Positions 26,851-37,525 of a stretch of 64,000 nucleotides of DNA are shown in pieces. The DNA is from a virus (lineage: Duplodnaviria > Caudoviricetes): positions 1 through 64,000 of the IMG/VR virus record IMGVR_UViG_3300014205_000175; one strand, written 5' to 3'. Under the pieces are notes generated by a model. It did not search any database and had not been told where the DNA came from. It was given only the letters and a program-made list of their open reading frames with translations. Position 1 is the first letter of the stretch; each line of letters begins with the position of its first letter. A program made the position numbers and the translations under genes.

Positions 26851-27174
26851 TTACGCTTGTTCCAAACCGTGTACGCGTACTGCAACACCGGCCTTGTTCG
26901 AATACACCATGATCTTCTCACCAGGCTGGCAGATTAGACACGGGTATTCATAGTTACCGCCGTTGGCATCGAGCGGGATGCCGTAGGCGAGGTATTCACC
27001 GGCCGAAGGCGTAGCTGCGGTGGTGATACCGATATTGACGACAGCATCTTCAGCACCGGTGTTAACCGCGCAGATGAACACCGTAGCGAACTGCACACCA
27101 GAAGCCGGTACGGTATATGCCGTCACGAAACTGTTGGCGACTGAAAGCTGCTTACCAAGTTTACCATTGGCCAT
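26851..27174 (-). CDS. Small beta-rich virion/tail-associated protein
   Basis: 107 aa. YTVPA..FATV...N.G...L.ANGG...EK..V......RV.GLE. Paralogue of the next gene. Confidence 0.7.
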   Translation of the reverse strand: MANGKLGKQLSVANSFVTAYTVPASGVQFATVFICAVNTGAEDAVVNIGITTAATPSAGEYLAYGIPLDANGGNYEYPCLICQPGEKIMVYSNKAGVAVRVHGLEQA

Positions 27175-27186
27175 TTCTATATCTCC

Positions 27187-27510
27187 TTAGATCTGTTCGA
27201 GGCCGAAGACACGGATACCGACGTTGCCGCTATCGGCTTTGACGATCAGCTTTTCGTTGGGCGACAGGATCATGTTCGTGCGACGCAGCGAACCACCATT
27301 GGCCGCGAGTTGCGTTGCGGTTTCGATATAGTCGACTGCCGTGAGCGAGGCATTGTTGGTGATACCCAGATGCACGGTGGTGGCAGCTGCGCCGACGTTG
27401 GTGAGGTTGACCGAGACGTTGGCGAATTGCTTATCTGCCGGCACGGTGTAGACGACGACTTCCACGTTAGCAGAGCTAACTGCTTTGGCTAGCATCGAAT
27501 TAAGAGCCAT
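27187..27510 (-). CDS. Small beta-rich virion/tail-associated protein, paralogue
   Basis: Same length and motif pattern as 26851..27174, with biased codon use. Confidence 0.7.
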   Translation of the reverse strand: MALNSMLAKAVSSANVEVVVYTVPADKQFANVSVNLTNVGAAATTVHLGITNNASLTAVDYIETATQLAANGGSLRRTNMILSPNEKLIVKADSGNVGIRVFGLEQI

Positions 27511-27581
27511 TTGAAACTCCTTGTAAACAAAAGAAAGAGGGCATTCCTCAAAAGATGAAGACTATAACAACTATTTCAACA

Positions 27582-30308
27582 TTAGTACCCTGCCAAATAC
27601 GACGTCAGTGTAGGTGTTGCGACTGGAAGTGTGCGTGTAACAACCGTTAGCGAGGGTGTAACCGCAGGTAGCGTACGTGTGGCAGCAGCTAACGTGGGTG
27701 TGCTTGCAATTAGAGTCGGGATACTCCAGCTCAACGACGCCATGTCAGTACCGGTCAACGGACCTTCCACTACTGCTCCAGTAGTCGCTATAGCCACAAT
27801 AAAGGCATCGTTGACGCCAGCAGTTTGAGAATTCTGTTCCCCAACTGCATAGATGGCGGTGCCGTCTGGCGATGCTACAACACCTTGGAAGCGATCGTAA
27901 TTTCCACTACCGCCGATCGAGCGCTGCCACACTAGGTTACCTGCTGTATCCCAGCATGCAATATATGCATCATTAGCACCGTATGTTTGGAACTGCTGAT
28001 ACCCTACTGCATAGATCGCGGTACCATCAGGCGATATGGCAACCCCCTCAAAACTATCATTATTGCTATCACCCACCGAGCGCTGCCACACGAGACTACC
28101 ATCAGCACCCCAGCGTGTGATATAGGCATGATCGTCATCAGCGACAGCATCGGAAGCTTGATATCCTACTGCATAGATGGCAGTACCATCAGGCGCTATC
28201 ACCACATTCTGGAAGTAATCACCCTGACTACCGCCTACTGAGCGTTGCCACGTCAGGTTACCGACAGCATCCCAACGCGTGATGTAAGCATCGTAACCAC
28301 CAGTTGATTGAGACTGCTGGGCTCCTACCGCATAGATAGTAGTGCCGTCTGGCGATACTGCCACCCCATTGAAACAGTCATCACTAGCACCACCTATTGA
28401 GCGTTGCCAGACCAATGTACCATCAGCATTCCAGCGCGTAATGTAAGCGTCATTCATGCCGTAAGTCACCGAACTTTGCTGCCCTACTGCGTAAACAGAC
28501 GTTCCGTTGGGTGAGACGATAACTGCCTGGAAGCGATCATCCATATTACCACCTATCGTACGTTGCCACATAAGAGTACCTGAGGCATTCCAGCACGTGA
28601 TGTAAGCATCAAAGCTACCGACTGCCTGAGATATCTGGTAACCCACCGCATAGATCGCAGAGCCATCTGGTGATACCGCCACGCCTTTGAAATAATCGCT
28701 ACTATTACCGCCAATCGAGCGTTGCCATACTAGAACACCGTTAGCGTCCCAGCGCGTAATATACGCATCATAACCGCCGGCAGATTGAGAGTATTGGTAT
28801 CCGACCGCATATATAGCTGTACCATCGGACGACATGGCAACTTCTTGGAAGCCTTCGGTGTTAGCACCACCTATGCGCGCTACCCATCCTTCAAACTCAG
28901 GTTCAGAGATGATAGAATCATTACCAGTACCTGTGGTGTGTGTTATGTCGATGGGCTCACCTACCAAGAATAGACGCGCGGGCGAGATATATTCCTGATG
29001 GGTAAAGTTAGTCGGGTCATTCACGATCGGCGGAATGTCTTCACTATACGTCTGATACAAAACGATCGGAGCACTGGTCGTCAATACCGTACCAGTGAGA
29101 CCCGCTAGTCGGACTGCGACACGAAATTCCTTATATCGTATCGCATCAGCTACGAGTTTCGCTGTGATCGCAAAACTTCCCTTACCCGTCGTATCGGTCG
29201 TAAATGCACCGAACATGTTCTCTAGATCGTCAACATCAAGACTGTCCGATTCTACTGTCCAGTATAGTGTTTTAGCATAAGGAACACCGATGCTATCGTA
29301 GCTGAACGTCAGAGTCTGGCCACCTTCGATAAGTAACGAACCAGGTGCTACACCGAAGACTTTTTCGATATAGGCATGATCGAGTAAGTTGATGATCTGG
29401 CGCAGTGTGGCATATTTGTTGACCGCCTGACGATTGAGGATATCGTACTCGCTCGCCATCGCATAGTTCTCAACGTTCCCCAATCCCACCTGTGCTTTGG
29501 TGACTTCATGCGGGTTGGCGAGATTGGCTAAATGCTCTAGCTGTGCTACAAGTCCAGTGGTGGCCCGTCCATCAATAGCAGTGATGCGTTCATCGATGTT
29601 GGTGAGCTTACTCTGAAGCGTTAGTGGTGTAATAAGGGTATCGAACGACACACCCGTGAGTGTTTCCGGAATAGTCGCTAGGCGCCAGTTTTGTAGATTG
29701 CCTAGACCGATTTGTTCTTTGGTGACCTCATGCGGGTTCTCATGGTTAGTGAGATGTCGAACTACGGTAGACGACTGACTACTGCCAATGATAGTGCTGC
29801 TGATTTGTGACAGTGCTCCGATCAACTCCTCTTGACCATAGAACTGATCATAGTCCTGATAGTGCGGCATTGGTGGGAAGACATCGGGTTTGTCAGTTAC
29901 AACATCCCAGACCGTCAGACGCGGGTTATAGACCTTCTCAGCTAGGTGCTGTAGCACATGCAACCGATCGACCACCCACTCCCCGCCTAGCGTTTGATAC
30001 TGAAATGCCAATATCCCGTTGGTGTCGAGGTTGTTGAGGGTCACTGCCCCATAGATCAGCTTACCGACAGAACGGATACCAGCCACATAGGGTAACGCAA
30101 AACTATAGTCGACATTCTCAGCTAGTTCGCGCTGCGTACCATTGAGGATATAGAGCAGCTTAAATCTATCCGTATAAAACGGTGCAAAATTAGGTACGAT
30201 GAAATAATAATCACGGTAGTTAGACTCCGATACCGTGTGTAGTTCGGATGTGATCAAATTGCTTGCTGCGACCCCTGAGGTATCCAAGGGGTAAGTTATG
30301 TTAGCCAT
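27582..30308 (-). CDS. Baseplate-attached tail fibre with C-terminal beta-propeller
   Basis: N-terminal YPLD.SG...N...E.H...VP.FAPFY...YQTLGG, two NPHEVTK.Q.GLGN repeats, an Ig-like segment, then seven ~52-aa blades. Confidence 0.75.
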   Translation of the reverse strand: MANITYPLDTSGVAASNLITSELHTVSESNYRDYYFIVPNFAPFYTDRFKLLYILNGTQRELAENVDYSFALPYVAGIRSVGKLIYGAVTLNNLDTNGILAFQYQTLGGEWVVDRLHVLQHLAEKVYNPRLTVWDVVTDKPDVFPPMPHYQDYDQFYGQEELIGALSQISSTIIGSSQSSTVVRHLTNHENPHEVTKEQIGLGNLQNWRLATIPETLTGVSFDTLITPLTLQSKLTNIDERITAIDGRATTGLVAQLEHLANLANPHEVTKAQVGLGNVENYAMASEYDILNRQAVNKYATLRQIINLLDHAYIEKVFGVAPGSLLIEGGQTLTFSYDSIGVPYAKTLYWTVESDSLDVDDLENMFGAFTTDTTGKGSFAITAKLVADAIRYKEFRVAVRLAGLTGTVLTTSAPIVLYQTYSEDIPPIVNDPTNFTHQEYISPARLFLVGEPIDITHTTGTGNDSIISEPEFEGWVARIGGANTEGFQEVAMSSDGTAIYAVGYQYSQSAGGYDAYITRWDANGVLVWQRSIGGNSSDYFKGVAVSPDGSAIYAVGYQISQAVGSFDAYITCWNASGTLMWQRTIGGNMDDRFQAVIVSPNGTSVYAVGQQSSVTYGMNDAYITRWNADGTLVWQRSIGGASDDCFNGVAVSPDGTTIYAVGAQQSQSTGGYDAYITRWDAVGNLTWQRSVGGSQGDYFQNVVIAPDGTAIYAVGYQASDAVADDDHAYITRWGADGSLVWQRSVGDSNNDSFEGVAISPDGTAIYAVGYQQFQTYGANDAYIACWDTAGNLVWQRSIGGSGNYDRFQGVVASPDGTAIYAVGEQNSQTAGVNDAFIVAIATTGAVVEGPLTGTDMASLSWSIPTLIASTPTLAAATRTLPAVTPSLTVVTRTLPVATPTLTSYLAGY

Positions 30309-30380
30309 AAAAAGCCCTCAAGCTTGCCGAATCTTCTGGAATTCGATTCAAATGTCCCAACTGATTAGAAAGGCTTGGCT

Positions 30381-31619
30381 ATGTATACTTATGTAAGATC
30401 CGTGATACTGGAAAGATCACTCGGGGCACAATGGAAAGATGCCCAACTAGCTGATACTTCGGTATATAGCATTTTCAACATGTTCAGTCGCACGGTGCAC
30501 GTGGTCACGCATCCCGACTATGCTTTTGAGCTATATATCGATTTCAATGCGCTTAAAACCCAACACAGCGGTTACAACAAAACACTAGCAGAATGGTTCG
30601 TCGAGATCGATAACTTGACTCTACCTAGGCTAGAGACTCTCCCTAGCACGCGCATCCGATACATCTCGTACAGTGACGCGCATCAGGCTGGTTATAAAAT
30701 TAGTGTTGAAACAGCAGGGGAATTCACACCGGATAATTTCCCGCGCGAGATGTCGCCCGATGCTAAACTCATTCGACCGCGCACCGACACCGATGTCACA
30801 CGACTACATAACCGAGCTTTGGTAACAGTCAATGGCTATCTACACTTAACCGATACGGATAACGAGCATCTATGGGTACTGGATGCCGCAAAGAGCATGC
30901 GTCACGCCAACATGAACCATCTGGGTATCATTAGCTTCGATCGCGTCTGCAGTCTCAAGAAACTCCCGATCACGTCAGACATGATTTATCCGGAAGTACC
31001 TGATCGGCCATTACGAGAGCATCTTAGCATTGTGCTAGATGAAGATATCGGTAATCGTTCGGTGCTAGTATCGGTCGGCGGGTACCTACAGCTAATCGAA
31101 CCGGGTGTGTGCTGGCAAAGTGGTGAACGAGCCATCACTATCTGTATCGATCGTCTACCGCACCGAGAGCGGTATCAGGAAAGCCGACAGTATTTAAATC
31201 TTGCATCGCTAGAGCTTACTCTCGACCCTAACAACCCGAGTGTGGTGATCAGCAATGAACTCTATAGTGATGCGGTACTGAAACGTTATCTGCAGCTACG
31301 TCAAAGTTTTGTCGTGTTGCTAGATATCCCTAATCTCTTCTACCGCAAGATCCACATCCGTCATAGCTCCCTACCAGGGATGTACGTCTCGCATCAAGAC
31401 CCTACCTATCCACAGATCACTGGTTACGGTAAGATCTCAGAATACTGGAAGGTCTATGAAGATGACCAATGGGCTGTCAATATAGTCGACGGCATTCAAA
31501 ACAACTACGTAAGTAGCTATCGCCCGATGCATGATTTGGAAATACTTAACGATCATCGCTTACCCGGTAGAAGCTATCGTCACAGTACCGGTTATCTACT
31601 AGAAATGGGCGGTTACTGA
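30381..31619 (+). CDS. Probable virion structural protein
   Basis: 412-aa ORF with LVTVNGYLH.T, divergent from the fibre gene. ATCTTCTGG upstream. Confidence 0.65.
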   Translation: MYTYVRSVILERSLGAQWKDAQLADTSVYSIFNMFSRTVHVVTHPDYAFELYIDFNALKTQHSGYNKTLAEWFVEIDNLTLPRLETLPSTRIRYISYSDAHQAGYKISVETAGEFTPDNFPREMSPDAKLIRPRTDTDVTRLHNRALVTVNGYLHLTDTDNEHLWVLDAAKSMRHANMNHLGIISFDRVCSLKKLPITSDMIYPEVPDRPLREHLSIVLDEDIGNRSVLVSVGGYLQLIEPGVCWQSGERAITICIDRLPHRERYQESRQYLNLASLELTLDPNNPSVVISNELYSDAVLKRYLQLRQSFVVLLDIPNLFYRKIHIRHSSLPGMYVSHQDPTYPQITGYGKISEYWKVYEDDQWAVNIVDGIQNNYVSSYRPMHDLEILNDHRLPGRSYRHSTGYLLEMGGY

Positions 31620-31625
31620 CCAACT

Positions 31626-31662
31626 ACACAGCTACCCGGCCTAGTGGACCGGGTAGCTGTGT
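31626..31662. terminator. Hairpin between convergent genes
   Basis: ACACAGCTACCCGG-CCTAGTGGA-CCGGGTAGCTGTGT. Confidence 0.7.
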
Positions 31663-31673
31663 TCGTACCATCA

Positions 31674-32453
31674 TCAAGAATATTTCAACTTGCCCTTCAC
31701 CTCGATATCACCCACCACCATTTTACCACTGACAGTCATCCCGCCTCCAACTGACAGCGCGCCCCCTATACTCAGATTACCGGTTACAACAACTTCAGGA
31801 GCATCGAGTGTAATGAGCTTAGATTTAAGAGTGATCTTTTCTAATGTCTCAACTTCTATCGCCATCTCTGGCGACACTAGCTTAACGAGATTACCCAAGT
31901 TATCTTTGACCAGAATCGAACCACCTTGAGTATCGATAATGATGTCGTATGCTGCTTTCTCGCCGTCATTATCGACCGTCTTTAGATGGATGACCTTATC
32001 TCTGGTCGATATCTTTACCGTGTAACTGGTATCTTCATTCCACGGATCTAACGGTTCAGTCTTATTACCATAGGCATGGATGACGTGTTCCAAACGTCTG
32101 ATATGGGGTTCGTGAAATATCGTGTCCCAATAGTAGGTCTCACTATCAGCAAAACGGTACAGTAGAACTGTTTCATTTTTGATGACGTCAGGTGCCGTAA
32201 TGCGATTACTCTGACTCAACGGCAACCATCGAGCAGTAATCCATGCCCGGCCTTCTACTTTGGATTGACGTGTTACTCCTTGAGCATCGGGTAGAGATAC
32301 ATCGTAAGTAGGCTTATAACGTATCAGTGGCATCTCTAGATTAGCAATATCCTCAATCGGTGTTACTGTAATATCCCAGCTACCGCTGAATTTATCCTCT
32401 AACACTATGCCTAAAGAGTAGAACTTAAATTTACTCTGACGATCGGCTAGCAC
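31674..32453 (-). CDS. Baseplate central spike / tail tip protein (phiKZ gp164-like)
   Basis: A.WL...SNRITAPDV...E.V.LYRFAD...YYW N-terminal region, then beta-helix-like V.GNL.I.G.L.V.G repeats. Confidence 0.7.
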   Translation of the reverse strand: MLADRQSKFKFYSLGIVLEDKFSGSWDITVTPIEDIANLEMPLIRYKPTYDVSLPDAQGVTRQSKVEGRAWITARWLPLSQSNRITAPDVIKNETVLLYRFADSETYYWDTIFHEPHIRRLEHVIHAYGNKTEPLDPWNEDTSYTVKISTRDKVIHLKTVDNDGEKAAYDIIIDTQGGSILVKDNLGNLVKLVSPEMAIEVETLEKITLKSKLITLDAPEVVVTGNLSIGGALSVGGGMTVSGKMVVGDIEVKGKLKYS

Positions 32454-32468
32454 TTTCTATATCCCCTA

Positions 32469-34948
32469 TTAACTTACAGTGATTACTTTATTTACCGCAC
32501 TACCAGCAGGCACTACAACGTTATCGGCATTGATAACAACGATGTCGGCGTTTTTGAGGCTGCCGTAAGAGTGCTCGTGGTGCGACACCATGAAGATTTG
32601 GCTGTAGTTACTTTGAGCGATCATTTTACTGATCGTATCGAAAGCCTTGGCACGGTGCGTGCTGTCCATGCTTTTACCAAACTCATCCATATAAATCGGT
32701 GAATGATCCAACCCCAGATAACTCATCGACACGATTCTGAAAGCCAGATCGATGACTTCACGCATCCCAGAGCTACATTTACCGATATCTGGAATCACGG
32801 TTTGGTGATTGACGTGCACTTCAAAACGGTAGTCAAGATCCACCCCGTCGTCAGATAAATCCAGCGGTAGAAGCTCAAAAGGATAAAGCCAGATCTGCCG
32901 AATGATGCGATTGATTTTCTCCACGAAGCTATTGATAAACCCCGATAGCGATTTGGCAATCAGGCCGTCTTTAGGTGAGAGCTCGGCTACCATAGCGGTC
33001 AGAGCATGTTGACGCACCGATAGCTGTTCGATGTTCTTACGAATGTTCTCTACCACTGCAGCTTGGCTATTGGTGATACTCAGTTGCTGCTGCTTCTCAT
33101 TGAGAGATAGTTGGGCATGACGGATAAGATCAGCGTAGATCGATTGACGCAGACTGTTGAGTTCTCCGTGGTAAGACTGTTGATGCTGACCTAGGGCTTT
33201 TTCTAGCGCCGTAGCGTATTTTTGCACGATATCGTAGAACGTCGTAAACGTCTGGTATATCTGTAGCTGTGCGCGTTGTTGGCGGATATTGTACTGGCTC
33301 GCGATGAGTTGTTCGTCTAGTAGTTGTGATTGACTCTTGAGTTTTTGAATATCGAGTACCTGGTTCGAGGACCGTAGCGTTACGAGTTTTTCTAGATCTT
33401 TGAGATGCTCGTTATGCTTTTTCATCTCCAGTAGTACCGGTACGTCGTATTTGGCTTTTTCCAACACCGCGATTACTTCAGCTGGGTTATGGATGACGAT
33501 CTCACCCGTATCGATATGACGCCACACGGCAGCTAGAATCGGCATCTGGTCGCGAGTTTTGACATAGATGCGATAGCGAGTGAAATACTCTTCGATTGCA
33601 GCGGCTTTAGTCTCGGCAGCCTCAATGCGTTTTTTCACCTCGTTAATACCGGTTACAACGACTGCGAGTTGTTGCTCGCCAGCATGGTATTGTTTATCGT
33701 CGTAACCTGGCACCCATGCATGACGACATTCAGGACAATTGATCTGGTTGTGTGATTTCAGATGTGCTAGGCGCGTGATGACTCCGGATAACTGAGCGTG
33801 CTTGGTCTCTTCAATCACAAGTACACGGCGATCGACGCTAAGCTGTTCTTTGAGCTCTTCGTAACGTGCTTACTAAAGAGTCGTTCGGTATTAGCCGGCA
33901 GATCTTTGAGCGCGTCATAAAGGCTATCATACGCCAGTTCGATAGCAGCACCGATCGTTACCGGGTCTTCTTGGACATTAAGATAGACGAGACGCTCGGT
34001 CAGATGATGAATCTGCTGACGTAGCGATGAAATCTGCTGATCGAGATTCTCTAGTTCGGTAGTAGAGACCTTTTCGACGTTACCGATCAAGGATTGGAGC
34101 TCTTCCAAGCGTTCGATGGTTTGCTTATAACGGTCTTGCTCGATCGCGATCTGATGTTCAGTGCGACTGATTAACTCAGGCAGCTTGATTGGCGAAGGGA
34201 TGTGGTGCGTGTATTCCAGACTTCGTAGCGCGGTCTTTAAGCCGTAGAGATCAACACTGAGTTGTTCATTGACTTGCTGTGTCGTTAACGGCGCGGTATT
34301 GTTATACGCAGCTTTGAGTTCCAGTAGTTGGTCGATAAAAGTTTTTGTCTCCGTCACTTCTTTTTTCAAAGCTTCGACAGCTATTTCATCGAGCAGCTTA
34401 GCCGATTCGGTAACGAGTAAGCTTTGCTGAAACTTCAGTGCTCCATCCGCATCACGTAGCTTTGTACGTAGATCCTGATACAGAGCTAGCGCGAAGTTAA
34501 AGTTGATGTTCGAGAGCCGCGTAAACCATTCACGCCGTGTTGCAACACTCATCGTCGAGAAAGCTGTCAGTCCCACCATAATGTCATGAACATCAGGAGT
34601 GATGTTAAAGTGACTGGCGACCAGCTCTTTTTGTACTTGCGCAGTCCCTCCTGAATTAAGCTCTTCTCCGTCTACAACAAAGCTATGCTTGGCACCACTA
34701 CCGAAAGCACTGGTGAGACGATACTGACGGCCACCTTGTTCGATAGTAACGATCTTATAACCGCCGGGTTTAAAATCAGCACTCACAGCCGGCAGCGGCG
34801 AGAGTTCACGCATCAGTGACGATTTACCGCAGCCATTAGTGCCTAGGATCAGCTGAATTTTATGTTCTGGCGTGTATTTGAAAACGTCATATTGAGTCAG
34901 AGCAAATCGTCTATAACCAGCTAGTTCAATAGCGATAATACGCATCAC
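32469..34948 (-). CDS. sbcC: SbcC/Rad50-like SMC ATPase, split by a 1-nt frameshift near 33870
   Basis: Walker A GTNGCGKSS in the 5' ORF. Zinc hook CPEC, signature CSSGMRE, Walker B IYMDEFG and VSHH in the 3' ORF. The downstream frame is open from about 33869. Confidence 0.85.
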
Positions 34949-35056
34949 GACACCTCTTATATTAAAGATTCCTAGTCACACTATGTTTCACGGCTTCGAT
35001 TTTTACCCCACGCACCACCCACCATTACGGCAGGCGATGGGTGGAGTGAGGTAACG

Positions 35057-35863
35057 TTAAAGCCAAATCGGTCGATCTTGCCAGTCACGTGTAGCTACTG
35101 CTACACCGCCTTGCATAATGCCGTAGAGATAATAGTCGATAGCCGTAGTAGCTATGATAGGTTGATAAGGAGAAGGATCACCGGCGTCGATATAACCGTT
35201 GATACCCGGTGAAACACTGTTGAATGAAGATAGAACGAAACCATTACCGGCATGATAACTTGCCAGCAGTGCCCCTTCTAGCCGACCTAGCAAGGAACGC
35301 AGATGACGATTTTCTTCTTCAAGCACCGCATTGTGTGCGCGATCGCTGTAAATGAATACTTTAAGATTACTGCGATTGACAAGATTGGTCTCATGCAGTT
35401 CATCGGAAACAAGACGACTACTACCGACGCTGAGCATTTTAAGCTCTGGCACTACACCGAGCATGTTTTGCGTAAGACTAGAAATCTGGGTCTGCAGCGT
35501 CGAAAGATCCGTATCGGCAGGTAATAGCGGAAGTCCGATACCTAGCATGTACTGCTGGTAAAGTACTCCTCCGGCCGACGGGAACTCCGTAATATAGCTA
35601 GTTGGCACATATTTCCAAATCCCGTCACTGCTTTGTAACGAGACGATGTAAACACCTGCAGCTAGATCACGCGCATAATCTTCACCGGTTAGACCAATGG
35701 CGAGATAAATCGTATTAAGAGGATCAGATTGCTGAGCGATGAGTTCATTGAAAGAACGAATGGTGTGACAGGTATAAACCGTCTGTGGGGCCAGGTATGC
35801 GTCCAAGGGCGGTTTTAACGTCCACAACCCACTCATCCCTACTGACGGGATAAACTGATCCAT
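35057..35863 (-). CDS. Hypothetical, probable virion protein
   Basis: 268 aa, translationally coupled to the upstream gene. Confidence 0.7.
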   Translation of the reverse strand: MDQFIPSVGMSGLWTLKPPLDAYLAPQTVYTCHTIRSFNELIAQQSDPLNTIYLAIGLTGEDYARDLAAGVYIVSLQSSDGIWKYVPTSYITEFPSAGGVLYQQYMLGIGLPLLPADTDLSTLQTQISSLTQNMLGVVPELKMLSVGSSRLVSDELHETNLVNRSNLKVFIYSDRAHNAVLEEENRHLRSLLGRLEGALLASYHAGNGFVLSSFNSVSPGINGYIDAGDPSPYQPIIATTAIDYYLYGIMQGGVAVATRDWQDRPIWL

Positions 35864-37158
35864 TACAAGCCCCCTAGCGTCGTTTTAGGCACTATGACGA
35901 AGTTGATGTTGTCGATGATACGCGATAGATAAATTTTATTCGACCGTCGGATGCGTTTCATCGTTTTCGGAATGAAACTATAGCGCGTCATCTTCTCAGC
36001 CACCAGCAACATCTCTTCGAGCTTATAGACGAGCTCTTGAGTTTTGATAGTCATGCGATTAAAGTCTAGCGACACACTTGGAATTGGCATGTAATCAGCA
36101 TAGAGGTCACTGAATACTTTGCGTCCGTCAATATTAAACTGACCGTTGATGATTTCCAACATTAGCGATTTATATGCACACGGCACTAGACAGATATTTT
36201 GTCGGGTGTGGATGGTGGTGTAAAAATCGATATGTTGTAGCGCAAAGCTAATCGCTTCATTAGGTTCAATCAAAGAACTGTAGAGACCGGTTTGCGTGAG
36301 CATATTCGGTGCAGCGATTTTGTCCCAGCGTGGCAGGACGATGAATTCGGTGCGTTTGAATATTTCAGGATAAATCGCTTCCCATTGACTACGAGTGTGG
36401 CTGGTATGCTGAAGGATATAGTCGATGATTGCGTCTTTGATACTATCGATGTTATCACCAGCATCACCGTAGATCAGAATCGGCCATAGGGTTTCGATTC
36501 GGCGTGTAGGGTTGGTCGGATCGATACGATCAAAACGATAGACTCGCGTATAGGTTTCAGGACGTGATTGTTTGGCATCTTCAGCACGCCGCATCAGTAG
36601 ATCGACCGGCTCTTCAACAATCAGATTGGCAACGGTATTAAACGGATAAAGAAGCGCGTCGATGTGAGGCAGTGGTGGCACAACAATGATATTGTAACCG
36701 TCGTATTGCTGGCGAAATGCTTCATCACATAACCAGATATAGAATTGATTACCGGTGGCGGCTTCGACGTATGAGATCCATTGCGGCAGACTTTTACCGT
36801 TTTGCGTCATGACATCACCTACTTCGAGCTGGGCGATCTGGTTCGGTAGCTCAGTGTAGAGATAGACACGTAAGTTGTCATGCGAATAAGGCGGTAGGCG
36901 CGAGCCATAATAAGCCATCAACGCCTGCATCACTCGCATCGTAAAAGTCACACTGGCTGCAGGCAGCACCTGCTCAGCACCTTGTTCATCAGCACAGAGA
37001 AAAGTTATCAGGTCATAATTTGGATAATCTTTGTTTTGATAAAAACCTTTCTCGAACGAATAGGTGTATCCTAATGCCGATAACTCCCCGATCACTGATG
37101 TATGTCCGGGGACGTTAGACAATAGCGAATGTACGTTTATAAAACCTTTAACAATCAT
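35863..37158 (-). CDS. Probable virion structural protein
   Basis: KGF......N.PG..S.IGELS, F..QYD.Y.I.VVPP, W..I.P.IFKRTEF...PRWD, DFNRM. Confidence 0.7.
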   Translation of the reverse strand: MIVKGFINVHSLLSNVPGHTSVIGELSALGYTYSFEKGFYQNKDYPNYDLITFLCADEQGAEQVLPAASVTFTMRVMQALMAYYGSRLPPYSHDNLRVYLYTELPNQIAQLEVGDVMTQNGKSLPQWISYVEAATGNQFYIWLCDEAFRQQYDGYNIIVVPPLPHIDALLYPFNTVANLIVEEPVDLLMRRAEDAKQSRPETYTRVYRFDRIDPTNPTRRIETLWPILIYGDAGDNIDSIKDAIIDYILQHTSHTRSQWEAIYPEIFKRTEFIVLPRWDKIAAPNMLTQTGLYSSLIEPNEAISFALQHIDFYTTIHTRQNICLVPCAYKSLMLEIINGQFNIDGRKVFSDLYADYMPIPSVSLDFNRMTIKTQELVYKLEEMLLVAEKMTRYSFIPKTMKRIRRSNKIYLSRIIDNINFVIVPKTTLGGL

Positions 37159-37234
37159 CGCGGTACTCCCTTCCTAAATCTAAATGCCGTGAGGCTCCAC
37201 ATAATACCAACTACGTAACACTCTAGGAGCATGT

Positions 37235-37525
37235 ATGAATTTCCAAATATTTTTAATCATATTTAGCTTCATGCGTGAGCTATTCTTTGATAAGAAAGAA
37301 GAAGCCGATTTTAAAAGTAAGCATTTTAAGCCCAAGCGCTGGATTGCTTTCTTCTTCACAGTGATAACTTTTAGTGCCAGTATTTTCATGAGCATGCGTC
37401 TTGTACAACTAGCTAAAGACTATACTGCCCTCAAAGCGAGTGTCAGCGATTGTGTTGTCAGTGAGGTAAAAAAGCCGGTACTAGTAACATCGGATGACTC
37501 AAGCCCTAAGGTAAAAATAAAATGA
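37235..37525 (+). CDS. Small membrane protein
   Basis: AGGAG RBS, hydrophobic N-terminus, TM segment WIAFFFTVITFSASIFM. Confidence 0.65.
   Translation: MNFQIFLIIFSFMRELFFDKKEEADFKSKHFKPKRWIAFFFTVITFSASIFMSMRLVQLAKDYTALKASVSDCVVSEVKKPVLVTSDDSSPKVKIK

Noticed and set aside
27750-28880. CRISPR-like periodic repeats
   Set aside because: The ~156-nt periodicity is in-frame propeller blades with synonymous variation, not identical repeats with unique spacers.
24634-28896. Diversity-generating retroelement acting on the similar propeller repeats
   Set aside because: No reverse transcriptase in the window. Differences between copies are not confined to adenines, and both copies are coding.
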